DNA of 64,000 bases, taken from the NCBI GenBank assembly GCA_000165345.1, contig CM000434.1:320001-384000 (forward strand), given 5' to 3'. The position numbers and the translations under genes were made by a program. Shown here piece after piece: positions 45,968 to 61,152 of the stretch. Each line of letters begins with the position of its first letter. Positions within the stretch are counted from its first letter, which is position 1. The notes beneath the pieces are model-generated. The model was not told the origin of the DNA, made no database searches, and saw only the letters and a list, made by a program, of their open reading frames with translations.

Positions 45968-46129
45968 TGGCTTTTAATTGAATAAATAATTGTTCAAATT
46001 TACGGTAGCGCTTAAATAATTTTTCTTTCCGATTCTAAATTCCTATTAATGATTTGAAAATGAGGATTTGAACATTAATTGTGATTTATTTAGACAAAAT
46101 ATCGTAGAAAGTTCTTAATATGGTAAAAA

Positions 46130-46939
46130 ATGTCTGAAAGAAAAGTCTTGAATCGATATTTCCCACCAGATTTTGATCCAAAAAAGTTGGAAGAAAGTAA
46201 GAAACTTTTAAAAAAATCAAAACCAAACAGTAGAGGTGGAGGGTACAGAAAAAAGAAACTATTAAATATCAGAATGCTATACCCTTTTACTATTAGATGT
46301 AATGGCTGTGAGGTTTATCACTATGTCGGGACGAAGTTTAATTCAAAGGTAGAGAAGGTACAAAGTGAGTCGTATCTTGGAATACCTATTTGGAGATTTT
46401 ACGGGCGATGTACTCAGTGCGGAAATGAAATAGTCTTTAAAACAGATCCAAAATCAGGAGACTATATACTTGAGTCAGGAGCTAAACAAAATTTTAATAT
46501 GAACAATAAAGAAGTTGTAAAAAAAAAATCTGAAGACGACTTCGAAAGTAAAGTCATTAATTCCGTATTAGAATCCAGATCTATGGAGGAGCTTGAAATA
46601 CTGAAGAACCTAAATAAGAGACTAATGAACAGAGAAGCAACTGAATTGAATGCTTTAAAGCATATTCTTGATGAAAACGAAATTATACCTGAAGACCAAT
46701 TCATCACTCCAACAGATAATAAATGCAATGAAATTATATCAGATAGAGAAAGACAGCTAATTACAAATAGTGTAAGGAATTGTATTGATTCATATGAAGA
46801 AAACCCTAAATTTCAAAAAAAATTAGGTAGCTGCGTTGTAAACTCAGATGGTTCAAAGAGGCTCAATGCCGCTGTTAAGGTGAAAGAAAAGAATTCAAAA
46901 GATTTATTTTTTAACTACTACGACACTGAATCGGAGTAG
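46130..46939 (+). CDS. YJU2: Yju2/CCDC94 (CWC16-family) spliceosomal protein.
   Basis: The N-terminus MSERKVLNRYFPPDFDP and the zinc-binding region with C-x2-C ... C-x2-C plus KTDPKSGDY are near-identical to the CCDC94/Yju2 consensus. Confidence 0.85.
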   Translation: MSERKVLNRYFPPDFDPKKLEESKKLLKKSKPNSRGGGYRKKKLLNIRMLYPFTIRCNGCEVYHYVGTKFNSKVEKVQSESYLGIPIWRFYGRCTQCGNEIVFKTDPKSGDYILESGAKQNFNMNNKEVVKKKSEDDFESKVINSVLESRSMEELEILKNLNKRLMNREATELNALKHILDENEIIPEDQFITPTDNKCNEIISDRERQLITNSVRNCIDSYEENPKFQKKLGSCVVNSDGSKRLNAAVKVKEKNSKDLFFNYYDTESE

Positions 46940-48613
46940 TAGATCCTCAAAGCTAAAGGGAATAAATATTCGTTTGCTCATACTTTTAAACTTAGAATAT
47001 CTTGAACAATTATCATTTTAACTAATATAAACTATGCTTTATGAATTTTGTATTACGTTTGCAAAATTATCTATTTTATGCATTGGTTTGAACAGAAGAT
47101 TAAATCAAGCTAGATTCATTTTCTTAATTAGAATAATAAGTAATGTAATTGCTCTTCCGGCAGCAAAAACATAAATTTGTTGTAAAATGGATATTTTTAT
47201 TTAATCTGTTGATTACTCATCAAAAGCTGTAAATCAATTTAATACATCAAAATTGCTTATAACTCCTTTTAAAAACTATAAAATTATCTTTATAGTATTT
47301 AAAAATTATTTTAAGAACATTAAATGCTCGATCTCAATAGAATATTTTATAACAAATTGCCAAATAACGATCTAATTGAATTTAACTCCAATTTTCTAGC
47401 CATTTAATACTATAAATTTAAGCTTTATTTCCGCAAGTTAGAACATAAAGATTTGATGCTCAAGTTTTAATTATATCGAAGTTAGCAAGATTCTATGTAA
47501 GTGAGAATTCACTTCCGACCCCATGCATTTATAATTAAACGCCTTTTATGTTAATACTAATGAATAAATCCTATTTCAATACACTAATTCATATAAATGT
47601 TATTCATGATCATATTTACTAATATAATAATAGTTTAATTAAAATAAATAGAATCCAATTATTTTCCAGTTGCTTCAATACACGTTGATTTACTGTTCTT
47701 TACTCTTCTAGATTGGGGTTTGCTTTTTTCCTTATTTAAAAAAAAAACATAAAAGAATTTAAGTTATGAAATTTTAACTTCCTAAAATAAAATAATAATT
47801 ATCTCAAATTGTGTAATCAATACTCTTAAATATAGATAATTACGTTTATAACTTGAAATACAATAATTAAAATATTCGCGGGATTAAAAGTATGTCAAGT
47901 ATTAAGTTCTAACAAATGACTTTCTAGCTTCTGCTTGATATTGATAGAACGATAATTTAGTCCAATGTTCAAAACTGACCACAGTAATTTTATATTTGGA
48001 AAAATGAACTTTCATTCAATAATTTTTTTTATGGTAAAAATAACTACCTGAATTTGGTTTATTATATAAGATTCTTTTAAATTTTGTAAAAATTGCATTA
48101 AATATTACGATTATGTTCAATTTTTGTTAACTAATCTGTTTTCTTATCCAGTTCAACTTTATTTTCTAGAAATAAGTTCTATTAGTATTTAATATTTTAA
48201 TTTCAGTTTTAAAATAATTTATAATAAATAATACAGTAAATTTCCAGAAGTTAAATTCGTATAAGTGAAACATCATTTCTTCTAATTTTACTTACAAATT
48301 GATTACTCGATGGCTAATTTGGTCTTTTTCTTCTGAATTCATAATTATTTGGGTCGGCAATTTTTTATTTACATATTTCTTTATTCTAATATATAACTAT
48401 TAATAGGTGATAAATCTTAATCATCTCAATAACCTCGTAATCGAATAATTTATTTGAAACTTTTAGACAAACAATAATAATAGTAAGCTTATTATTTATA
48501 TTATTACATTTTAATTAAAAAAATCGGTCACAATACATGTAAATAATCATTTAGAGGCGCTAAATTATTATATAAATAAATAATTTATATATAATTTGTA
48601 AATTTTAGTTAGT

Positions 48614-49651
48614 ATGAAAGAATCAAGCACAATTAATTATCTAATAACACTTACATTCATTATTCCTTTCGTACTTTCCCAGTCAACATTATTAAATCTT
48701 GGTGCAGGGGGTGCACAGGAAAGGAGGGTTTGCACTGACGAAATGCCATGTAACTTTAGATTGGTTGCTGATTTAGATATGAACTCAAAGCCAGGGAATG
48801 GGGAAAAGAATTACAAAAGTTTATTTCAAAAAGGGTCAATAATACAGGACAAAAGGGGCAACTATCGAGTGGACTGGGGAGAAATTCTGGAACTTAAAAG
48901 CGGATATAATGAATATGGGAGAGGGATGGAATTAAGTGAGTTAATTTCATATAATGGAATGATGCTTGCGGGCGACGACCGTACAGGAATAATTTTTGAA
49001 ATAACTGATGATGGGAAAGGAGTAGCACCAAGATATATATTATCTGAAGGTAATGGAAGAACAGCTAAGGGAATGAAGATTGAGTGGTTTGCTGTAAGAG
49101 ATGGAATATTGTGGGTTGGCAGTTTTGGAAAAGAGTTCGTATCAAACGGCATAATAGAAAAAAGGGATAATATGTGGGTAGCCACAATTGATAAAAGAGG
49201 ACATGTTTCACGATTTAATTGGAGTTTTGTTTATGAAAAAATTAGGAATTCACTGGGGGCGCAATATCCAGGTTATTGTATTCATGAAGCAGTGATTTGG
49301 AGTCATTTAATGAGAAAGTGGATATTTTTACCAAGAAGAGTTAGCTTCGATGAGTATGATGAGGAGAAAGACGAAAAGAGAGGTTCCAATAAAATGATAA
49401 TTATGACAGATGATTTTGAAATTCTTGAAATTATTGACGTAGGATTGATAATACCTGAAAGAGGTTTTTCTTCTTTAAAATTTCTTCCTGGGTCGTTTGA
49501 CCAGATAATAGTTGCAACAAAAAGCGTTGAAGAATCAATTTCGGACACTCAAAAGTCTTTCTTAACTATATTCACAATAAATGGAAAAATTTTAATGGAA
49601 GATTTAGAAGTGCCTGGAGACTACAAATACGAGGGGATAGAATTTATATAG
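48614..49651 (+). CDS. Secreted calcium-activated nucleotidase (apyrase, CANT1/SCAN-1 family).
   Basis: Signal peptide, then blocks ADLD, GRGMELSEL, DDRTG, WVGS, GY.IHEA, FLPRR and the identical C-terminus YEGIEFI. Confidence 0.9.
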   Translation: MKESSTINYLITLTFIIPFVLSQSTLLNLGAGGAQERRVCTDEMPCNFRLVADLDMNSKPGNGEKNYKSLFQKGSIIQDKRGNYRVDWGEILELKSGYNEYGRGMELSELISYNGMMLAGDDRTGIIFEITDDGKGVAPRYILSEGNGRTAKGMKIEWFAVRDGILWVGSFGKEFVSNGIIEKRDNMWVATIDKRGHVSRFNWSFVYEKIRNSLGAQYPGYCIHEAVIWSHLMRKWIFLPRRVSFDEYDEEKDEKRGSNKMIIMTDDFEILEIIDVGLIIPERGFSSLKFLPGSFDQIIVATKSVEESISDTQKSFLTIFTINGKILMEDLEVPGDYKYEGIEFI

Positions 49652-49716
49652 AAAGTAACGTAGAAATTTATTTTGTCGTTAAAGTCTCAACAAATTCTGA
49701 TTTTATTTAAATACCA

Positions 49717-51165
49717 TTATGCTTTATATGCTAAGTTATCAAGTAATTTAATTTCTTTAATTGCATTATTTTCCACTTCTGAACCTAGCCAAATAGCTCT
49801 CCTCTTTTTCTTAAGGCCAACATGGCTCTCTTTGTGTGAGAATAAACTAATATTCGATTTTTTCCGATTGACTGGAGATCTGATTGATTGTTTAATTAAC
49901 TCTTCAATATCGCATTCACTTTTCCCTGTATTATCATCTAAATTTTCTTTTTCTAATGAAGCTCTAGAGTCTCTAGATGGCTTTATTTGGTTATCTCTAT
50001 TGTTACAATCATGGCCAAGATTCAATTGGAACTCAGAATGACTATTTATTGGATCATCAAATGCAAGGTGAGTTTCTGGATGAATAAAACCTAAGCAAAT
50101 ATCCTTTGCTACCTTGCCTTGAATAATCGGCCCAATAAAATTTTTCATCTCGTTACATTCAATCAAATTGCCTTGCTTCATTTGGTTATTAAACTCAATA
50201 AATATTGGTACATTATCTAAGGTAACGTTAGTCTCAATTTCGCTTTTAGGCCTGTCACTATTTGAAAGTGGGACCATATTTCCTTCAATAGGGTCATAAA
50301 CTGTTTGGTGGAAGAATGTAATCATTGCATTCTGAACATCAATTGCATAACTTTGTGGTATATCCTTGCCTAAATCCTTAAGTTGTAATATTATCCTTTC
50401 TAAATCTGCATTACATTCTTGCACAAGCTTCATCGCAGTTTTTATCCCCACCCCCTGTGGTGACTTTACATAGTCACAACCAGTCAATATGCACCCTAGT
50501 ACAAAAGTTTCGTATGAGAACATTAATTGTGAAATCACACCACTTTTATACAAATCTTTCCAATATATCACTCTACAGTTACCTGTCTTATCGTCGTATT
50601 TGTAAATTGTACATATGCTTCCAAACACTAGCATATCGCTATCTTCAGTTATCACCGCATCAATATACTTTATTCTTGAAAGATATGAAAGTTGTGCGTC
50701 AGCTTCATACGGAGCAACAATGCATTCTATTTTGTATTCATCTCTTAATACTTCCAAAACCTGGTGAGCTATATTTGGGGTGATATCAAGAGCTTTTTGG
50801 CACAAACTTCTCATATTATATGAACTATAAGACTTTTTTTCGCTTTTTAATCTGATAATTTCTCTCTTTGCATCGCTTCTCCTTTTACTTCTTTCTTCTT
50901 CAGTAACTCTCTTCATAGGAAGAGTGGCACCATCGAACACACAAACCGGAATAAGTCCTTTCCCTTGAAGAGTCCTGATTTTTTCGATACAATAATTAAT
51001 ATGAACTCGAGTAGGTTTGCCTAATACAATACTTTCTGCGCAATTAGCAGCCGATCTATGAAGCCAACCATATGTATCAATTGCTACTCTTTTTCCTTTA
51101 AAGAAGTCGATTTTGCTCTTGATACTTATGTTGTCAACATTAGGTAGTAATCCTTGTATCCCCAT
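49717..51165 (-). CDS. EXO1: Exonuclease 1 (XPG/Rad2-family 5'-3' exonuclease).
   Basis: N-terminus MGIQGLLP...GKRVAIDTYGWLHR...VFDGATLPMK plus the XPG-I region and H3TH. ATG verified. Confidence 0.85.
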   Translation of the reverse strand: MGIQGLLPNVDNISIKSKIDFFKGKRVAIDTYGWLHRSAANCAESIVLGKPTRVHINYCIEKIRTLQGKGLIPVCVFDGATLPMKRVTEEERSKRRSDAKREIIRLKSEKKSYSSYNMRSLCQKALDITPNIAHQVLEVLRDEYKIECIVAPYEADAQLSYLSRIKYIDAVITEDSDMLVFGSICTIYKYDDKTGNCRVIYWKDLYKSGVISQLMFSYETFVLGCILTGCDYVKSPQGVGIKTAMKLVQECNADLERIILQLKDLGKDIPQSYAIDVQNAMITFFHQTVYDPIEGNMVPLSNSDRPKSEIETNVTLDNVPIFIEFNNQMKQGNLIECNEMKNFIGPIIQGKVAKDICLGFIHPETHLAFDDPINSHSEFQLNLGHDCNNRDNQIKPSRDSRASLEKENLDDNTGKSECDIEELIKQSIRSPVNRKKSNISLFSHKESHVGLKKKRRAIWLGSEVENNAIKEIKLLDNLAYKA

Positions 51166-51879
51166 ATGTTATTTTGGCATTAACAGATAAATTGATATCC
51201 CTCAATAAATTGTTTTCTAAATTGGAATCTAATTCCAATTTAGGCAAACTACCGACAAGGCCCCACAAATTTTATTCATTGCCGCTTTGCATGCAAAATA
51301 AGCTAGAACAAAATATGGAAAAATAGGTCAATTTAGCTTTAAGTAACAATATACTCTCTGCGCTTAATTATGAATACCTTGCTAAAAATAGTAAAAATCA
51401 GATATACTTGTGATTATATACATCATTTACAACAATTCAAATTTTAATCTTTTCATATAAAAATAAACTACTCGTCATTTTGCGCTAAGACTTTTTTTTA
51501 ATTTAGAAAACATGTTTTGACTAATTAATATTTAGAATTTAGATGTCTCAGACGGTGCCCTGCGCGCCACAGTAGACACGATATTATAAAGCAAGAGGGG
51601 CAAGGTATAAGTGGCTCGATTATGTTACTTGCTGACTTGTAAGGAGGTAATAAAATATCGGTTTTCTATCATCGCCGCGTATGGAAGCTCGTAAAACCAT
51701 TTTTATAAGAAACACATTTAATCATCATTTTTTTTAAAGATTTAATATTTGGAGAGGCTGATCTGTGGTGAGAGTCAGGTTCCAAAGGTCCACTCATAGA
51801 AGGCTTGCTTCTTATTTTGAAACAAGTGAAGTGTCACCTTCATATTCACTTCTAAAGGACTTCACAGGAACTTTCAAAA

Positions 51880-55410
<3,531 letters not shown>

Positions 55411-55814
55411 TTGAATATATAGCTTCCAAACGTCAAACATATCTTTAACAGGTTGAATATTCATCTGATCATGTTGAAATACTTAAAAGCTTATGTATAA
55501 CATACTTTTGATTATTTATTTAATTAGAAAAAAAAATTAGTATTAACGTGCTTCTTTAATATTTGAATTAAATTCTTTGAACCTATTCTCTTAAAAGTTT
55601 TATTCGAATTGTGATAATTATGAATTTAGTAATTCTTTTCTTACTTCGACTCTTCAACTGCGCGGATATTGCGAAAATGATTTACCATTTTTGCTGAGGG
55701 TGGTTGTGAAAAAATTAAAGTAATTTGCTTACATCCTTTTGTACAAAATCAATTACTAAGTGAATTATTATTATAAATGGTATATAAACGCAACTAAATG
55801 CAAAGGCGATAATT

Positions 55815-56123
55815 ATGAATCGCCCAAAATATATTTCAAAACTCAGGAGAAAGACAATCATTATAGAAAAGAATCGCTCACAGACAATAAATGAAACAAT
55901 TAAATCCAGTTTGAACATAAAAGATGAACTTTCGGATGTGAGCTGTACTAGAATAGATACCGAATGTGAACTTAAAAACCAAAAAGATAAACCTTCAAAA
56001 GTTGATGGCCATGATGAAATAAATAGAAAACTCGATTACTTAAGGTGGAAAGAGAGAGAATATAAGAGGTTGAAAGGGGAGTACTTTGATTATATGGTTA
56101 ATTCTAAATGCAACCATACTTAA
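55815..56123 (+). CDS. Small hypothetical basic protein (102 aa).
   Basis: ATG-initiated ORF isolated in a gene-sparse 2.2-kb interval. No domain. Confidence 0.2.
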   Translation: MNRPKYISKLRRKTIIIEKNRSQTINETIKSSLNIKDELSDVSCTRIDTECELKNQKDKPSKVDGHDEINRKLDYLRWKEREYKRLKGEYFDYMVNSKCNHT

Positions 56124-57612
56124 AAAATTTACCTTAACTGCAAAATATTTAGTAAAATTGAAGATTCGAAACTTTAAATATTATTTTGAGAGGTATAAAT
56201 ATTTTACTAAATAGTAATCAAAAAAATATAATGGTATTTTCTCAAAAATACTTCCACAATTGGATTTAAATAATTGATTTTCTTATTTAAAAATCTAAAA
56301 TTTGTTTGGTATTCATCTTTTTTGTTCAATTTTAATAAGGAAAATTCATTATCTCTATTCCAGATGTTGTTTTCCGATATTTAAAAAAATGTTTTTCAAT
56401 AATTTTTTTGGAAAAATATTAAATATTAAAAAAATAACGATTTATTTTTTTTATATAATTTAAAATTTTCTTATTTTTATATGAAAATGGTCTTCAAACG
56501 ATCTCCCTAAAAATTTTATGAGATGATTCATCACTGAATTTCAAAAAATTATCGAATTGAGTCAATGTTCTATAAATTTTCAGTTGAATAATTATTAATT
56601 CAGTCGAAATCTTTGATTTAGAAACTTTGGTTATAATTTAAAGAATAGATAATTGCTGTCTTTTATGATTCAGTTTTAAAGCAACGATGGAGGCTAAATT
56701 TGCTAACTTGTAAACACCCATGAAACAAGAATAATAAATTTATTATTTTCTAGATAATCAGCTCAAGAGAAATATATCAAATCAAAAAGAGATAAATTTG
56801 TCCGGAGCATGTTAAATGCCACTTTATATATGAATTACTTGTTTAACTAGATTCGTTTTTACTAGTTTTAACCTATATTCTTCTATCTTTTAAAAATAAA
56901 GTTACAAACAGCATAAAAATTCCTTAACTCTAAATTGCTTAAAATAATTATACAAGATTCTAGAAAAAAACAGTACACTTGTTATTTTTAATATTGTTCA
57001 AATATTTTAGGGCTAAGCAACTCATTGTTGCACGATTATAAATTAAAGCTTTAAAATTGATCCAGTTTTTCTCCATATTTTGTCGCAATTTCAAAATAGG
57101 AGTCTTTGATATTTCAGCATTAGTTAAATGTCATTCATTCTCTTATGAAAGAAATAACTTCTTTTTGAAGGAAATCAAGATTTTAAGACATACTAGTTTC
57201 AATTTTCCAATATTTTATTCCTTACAAATCTCTAAAAAGTGTAAATCTAAACTTATATTTATAAACTTTAATAAGTTATTTATATTTTTAGATTCTTAGA
57301 ATAAATTAATAAATTTATTATAGAAAATTTGTACTCTAAAGGCTATTACATTGATTTTATTCCATTCAAGCAACCGTGCGCATGTCATTGCTTTTAAGTT
57401 ACAGCTGTTGGCGGTAATAAATCTGTATGTGGAAGTTTATTTTTACTGGATATTGTGCAAATATTGTGATCTACTCCACGAAAATAATAAATTATTAAAT
57501 ATTATTGGCCAAGCTTGTTTTTATTAAACTATTTCATATATGTTTCAAACAACTTAATCAGTCTAAAGCGGTCTAAGTTACTTATTTAATCAATATTAGT
57601 TACAAAGTAATT

Positions 57613-58962
57613 ATGGTAGGTAGGATACCAAGAACAAAACATGGAGAAAACCACTCTTCGTCTTGCCCAAGCGCTGAAAATGTGACTATTAATGCTGATA
57701 AAAAATCAATTTCTAATAAGTGTTGCAATAAAATTAAATGTAGTTGTACCTCGTTTTTATGGAAGGGTGTAAACATGGACTTAGGAACTTCGGATGAAGG
57801 AATGTATGGAGAGACTAGGGAAAAAGGCTTGAGAAAAATATTTTTAAAAATGGCTAAGTATGGAATGGATAATACTTCAATTCTATTAGATATAGGATCT
57901 GGTAGGGGAGTCCCAAATATTGTTGCATCATTTCAGAATAGTTTATTTTCAAGTATTGGTATTGAACTTGATGAGAAGGCATTTTTTTTATCTCTCTCAA
58001 ACCATCTGCATATTTTGGAATCTAGAAAGAACTCATATGAAAATTCTAACATTGAAAATTCTAATATTTCTTCAGACTTTACAGATTCGAAAGTAAATAA
58101 GAATAACAGTATTGGGTTCTTTAAAGGCGACGCGACTATATTAGAAACTTTTGAACCAGTTACTCATATTTACTCTTTTGACGCTGCAATGCCCATTTGG
58201 ATGATTAAAAGGTTTGTTGATCTGTTCAATGCGAGTAGGACTACGTACTGTTATGTTTCATTTAGAAAGGACTTAGTTGAGACACTTGATATTAAAGCAA
58301 AAAGAATTCATGGAATTTCTACTCAAATGATGGGCTCTGGGGAAGGCCGTATGTGTTGGCTATATCTTAAAAATGACTGGAAAGAAATTAAAGAATTTGC
58401 ATGGATACAAATCTGCGATAAATACAATAATGGAAAAAGCTGTGAATCATTTGATTTGACAAACCTAACAGACATTGACAAAATTATTCGTTTTTCTATT
58501 TGTAGCTCTAGTCTCCAAATGGACTTAATTAATAAAACCTTAAACTTTTGGTTCAATAATAGAAAATCGAGAAGAGAGTGTTTGACAGAAAGAAAGGTTA
58601 TTAACCAAAGGCATAAAGAGCTAAAACAACTATATATACAAGAGAAACTAATCAAAGATGATGCAAACCAACTGACGCTCGAAGATGTTGGCGTCAAGAT
58701 AGCATCAAATACGCGTTCTAACAATTCAAATAAGAATACGAGAAAAAATAAAACAGATTTTGCGACAAAAAGTCCTGAATGCAATACAAAAAATAAGAAT
58801 AAATCTTATGTAGATGGTATTTCAGGAAATCTTAAAAATGAAAATAGTTCACAAACGCAACCAACAATAAAAATAATGGATCCATCAAATTTGTCTCCTA
58901 AAAAAAGTAGAGCTAAACGAAAAGTTGCAGACGCAATAAAGCGCGTTGAAATAACAATATGA
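57613..58962 (+). CDS. Dot1-like class I SAM-dependent methyltransferase with a basic C-terminal tail.
   Basis: Motif I LLDIGSGRGVPNIV...IGIELDEKA matches Dot1 FVDLGSGVGQVVLQ...YGVEKADIPA. The downstream block FFKGDATILE...IYSFDAAMPIWMIKRFVDLF matches LERGDFLSEE...[20 protein letters not shown]. Confidence 0.45.
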   Translation: MVGRIPRTKHGENHSSSCPSAENVTINADKKSISNKCCNKIKCSCTSFLWKGVNMDLGTSDEGMYGETREKGLRKIFLKMAKYGMDNTSILLDIGSGRGVPNIVASFQNSLFSSIGIELDEKAFFLSLSNHLHILESRKNSYENSNIENSNISSDFTDSKVNKNNSIGFFKGDATILETFEPVTHIYSFDAAMPIWMIKRFVDLFNASRTTYCYVSFRKDLVETLDIKAKRIHGISTQMMGSGEGRMCWLYLKNDWKEIKEFAWIQICDKYNNGKSCESFDLTNLTDIDKIIRFSICSSSLQMDLINKTLNFWFNNRKSRRECLTERKVINQRHKELKQLYIQEKLIKDDANQLTLEDVGVKIASNTRSNNSNKNTRKNKTDFATKSPECNTKNKNKSYVDGISGNLKNENSSQTQPTIKIMDPSNLSPKKSRAKRKVADAIKRVEITI

Positions 58963-59400
58963 ACCTATTTACGAACTGTCAGACTAAATTGTTCAACTTT
59001 TCGCGCAAAACTATTTACTATCATTCAAAATTCGCGTTTTAGATCTAAAATAGCATTCCTATATTCTTTACTGTTTGAATAGACAACTTTAATTTTTTGT
59101 TAATTATCATTTTGCTCTTGGTATAGTGCAGAACCTTCTTAAACTATGGGCATGATCTTAGGTGTTACAAATATTGGGCCAAAAGGTTCAATTTGTTTTT
59201 AATTACATATTTATACGTATTCTGGAAGCTTAATGCATTTACCCATTTGAAGGAAATCTAAGAAATATTTTTACCTTTTGCAGCTATAAAAAGTCTTAGT
59301 GCGTTCTCTCAAAATGTTCTAACATATAAACGCCTAAATAATTTCTATAGAATTTTTGAAACAATATCGCTTAAACTATTCCTCCAAATTGAATTACAAA

Positions 59401-60486
59401 TTAAGAATTCTGAACAGATAAATTAATGGGCTCAGAAGTTCCATTATCTAGTGGAAGATGCCCTGAAGTATCTACTTCGCTATTAATAATACAATCCTTT
59501 TCGCCAATGCCTGATTTGGCTCCACATCCAGCATTCACCTGAAACTTGTCGCTTTCTAATTCTTTATCATTATCCAGATCATTTGATTCACATATATCTG
59601 AGATTTTATTAGAAAGTTCGTTGCTATTTTTTTCCTTAATGCCGTTCTTTGTTTCGCTTGAATCTGAAGCCCCAGAAGCCAAACACATTCGTAGTATTCT
59701 TGCAGCATTTTCTTTAGATATAGATTTCCTACTAGGTTTAATCAATTTTTTCTTGGAAGAGGAATCGCATGAAGATCTTTTTGAGCTTTCATAAATCTCA
59801 TCTCTTGTTCTGTTCAATTCTCCCAGATTTATGCTATCATTAATGTTAGCTAATACTTGATCAAACTTTACAGATGTAACTGCGTTGTTTTTTTTCTTAC
59901 ATCCCCTTTTAGATACACTTCTTAAAGCCTTGTTTTCCTTTTCATGTAATTCTGATTTATAAAATGCATTGAGGTCGCAAATAACTTTTTCTATCGCTAT
60001 TAAATTCAAATTGTTGGTTTCAAATGGGGCTAGAATGACTTGGTATGGGCTGAACTCCTCTATAGTGGTGCATTTCAAAATATTGATCCAGTGCCACCTA
60101 AATTGTTCCTCTGTAAATTCTAAGCAGCCACTATTTTTCGAATCAAATAAAAAAGTCAAAATAGAGCATAGCCTCCTCATCTCTTTAGAAATGGAAGATA
60201 TTGATGAAGGTTCTGGCTTTAGACAAATAAAACCTGGTCTTTCAAATTCAGACTGGTTTCTTGAATAGGCTTGGTCGCCAGAGAATAATTGATCGATAGA
60301 AGGCTCTTTTCGAGTATTAATACTTAACATTAACTCACATCTTTGTTTGCCTTCTATTTTATCTAAATTTTTTGAATCTATTGTATTTTTATCGTTGATA
60401 TTCAATTTTTGCTCAGTTCTGGAACTGTTAATTAAGGAGGCAGAGTTGTTTTCATCATTAAAATAATTTGTTTCTCTTGGAAGCAT
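59401..60486 (-). CDS. Hypothetical protein (361 aa).
   Basis: ATG-initiated long ORF with no recognised domain. Confidence 0.4.
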   Translation of the reverse strand: MLPRETNYFNDENNSASLINSSRTEQKLNINDKNTIDSKNLDKIEGKQRCELMLSINTRKEPSIDQLFSGDQAYSRNQSEFERPGFICLKPEPSSISSISKEMRRLCSILTFLFDSKNSGCLEFTEEQFRWHWINILKCTTIEEFSPYQVILAPFETNNLNLIAIEKVICDLNAFYKSELHEKENKALRSVSKRGCKKKNNAVTSVKFDQVLANINDSINLGELNRTRDEIYESSKRSSCDSSSKKKLIKPSRKSISKENAARILRMCLASGASDSSETKNGIKEKNSNELSNKISDICESNDLDNDKELESDKFQVNAGCGAKSGIGEKDCIINSEVDTSGHLPLDNGTSEPINLSVQNS

Positions 60487-60882
60487 ATTTATGAAGTGCG
60501 CATATTACTCACAAAAAGAGCAATCTAATTAAAAAATGATTATTAGAAAACATTTATTTCATTATTTTGGGTGGTTATTTTAACTTTTCACAAAATTTTG
60601 CCGGTTACTAAAATTTAACTGCAGATAAAATTCTACATCAAAGGCGGAAAGAAAAACTAATCGATATGAACTCAAATCAACGAAAAAAACAAAATTATTC
60701 TACAATCATTAACGATGTGAATAAACGCTTATCCTAATTCACTAATTTATAAATATTCTAGACATATAATTTTCTTTTTTCTTTTTGTACTTTTTATACT
60801 TGTCCAAATTATTTTCTCACATTCTTAAACTCAGTCTTTCAATAAAATACTAATTTAACCGAGTAAAATTTTTTTTATAATT

Positions 60883-61152
60883 TCAATTGTTCAATAAAGG
60901 TCTCATTTCAACTGAAGAAAAGTTATTTGTTGCCCAAATTTTTTTTTTGAAAATCTGGATAATACAGTAGATGAACAACCCCATATAGCATGTACCTGTT
61001 AATAGTAATGCTACAGAGTCAGCAATATTGTGTTCTGATGGCAACTCTAAAAGCAAAATTTTAAAAAAGTATAAGCCGCCCATAATTAGACTTATAATAC
61101 CATTCGAACCACTAACAAGTGCCATCATACAAAATGCAGTATAGGAATTCAT
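60883..61152 (-). CDS. Small two-TM membrane protein (89 aa).
   Basis: ATG verified, with two hydrophobic helices. Unassigned family. Confidence 0.3.
   Translation of the reverse strand: MNSYTAFCMMALVSGSNGIISLIMGGLYFFKILLLELPSEHNIADSVALLLTGTCYMGLFIYCIIQIFKKKIWATNNFSSVEMRPLLNN

Noticed and set aside
49673-50783. + strand ORFs 49673..50041 and 50457..50783 overlapping EXO1.
   Set aside because: They are antisense to a strongly supported EXO1 coding sequence.
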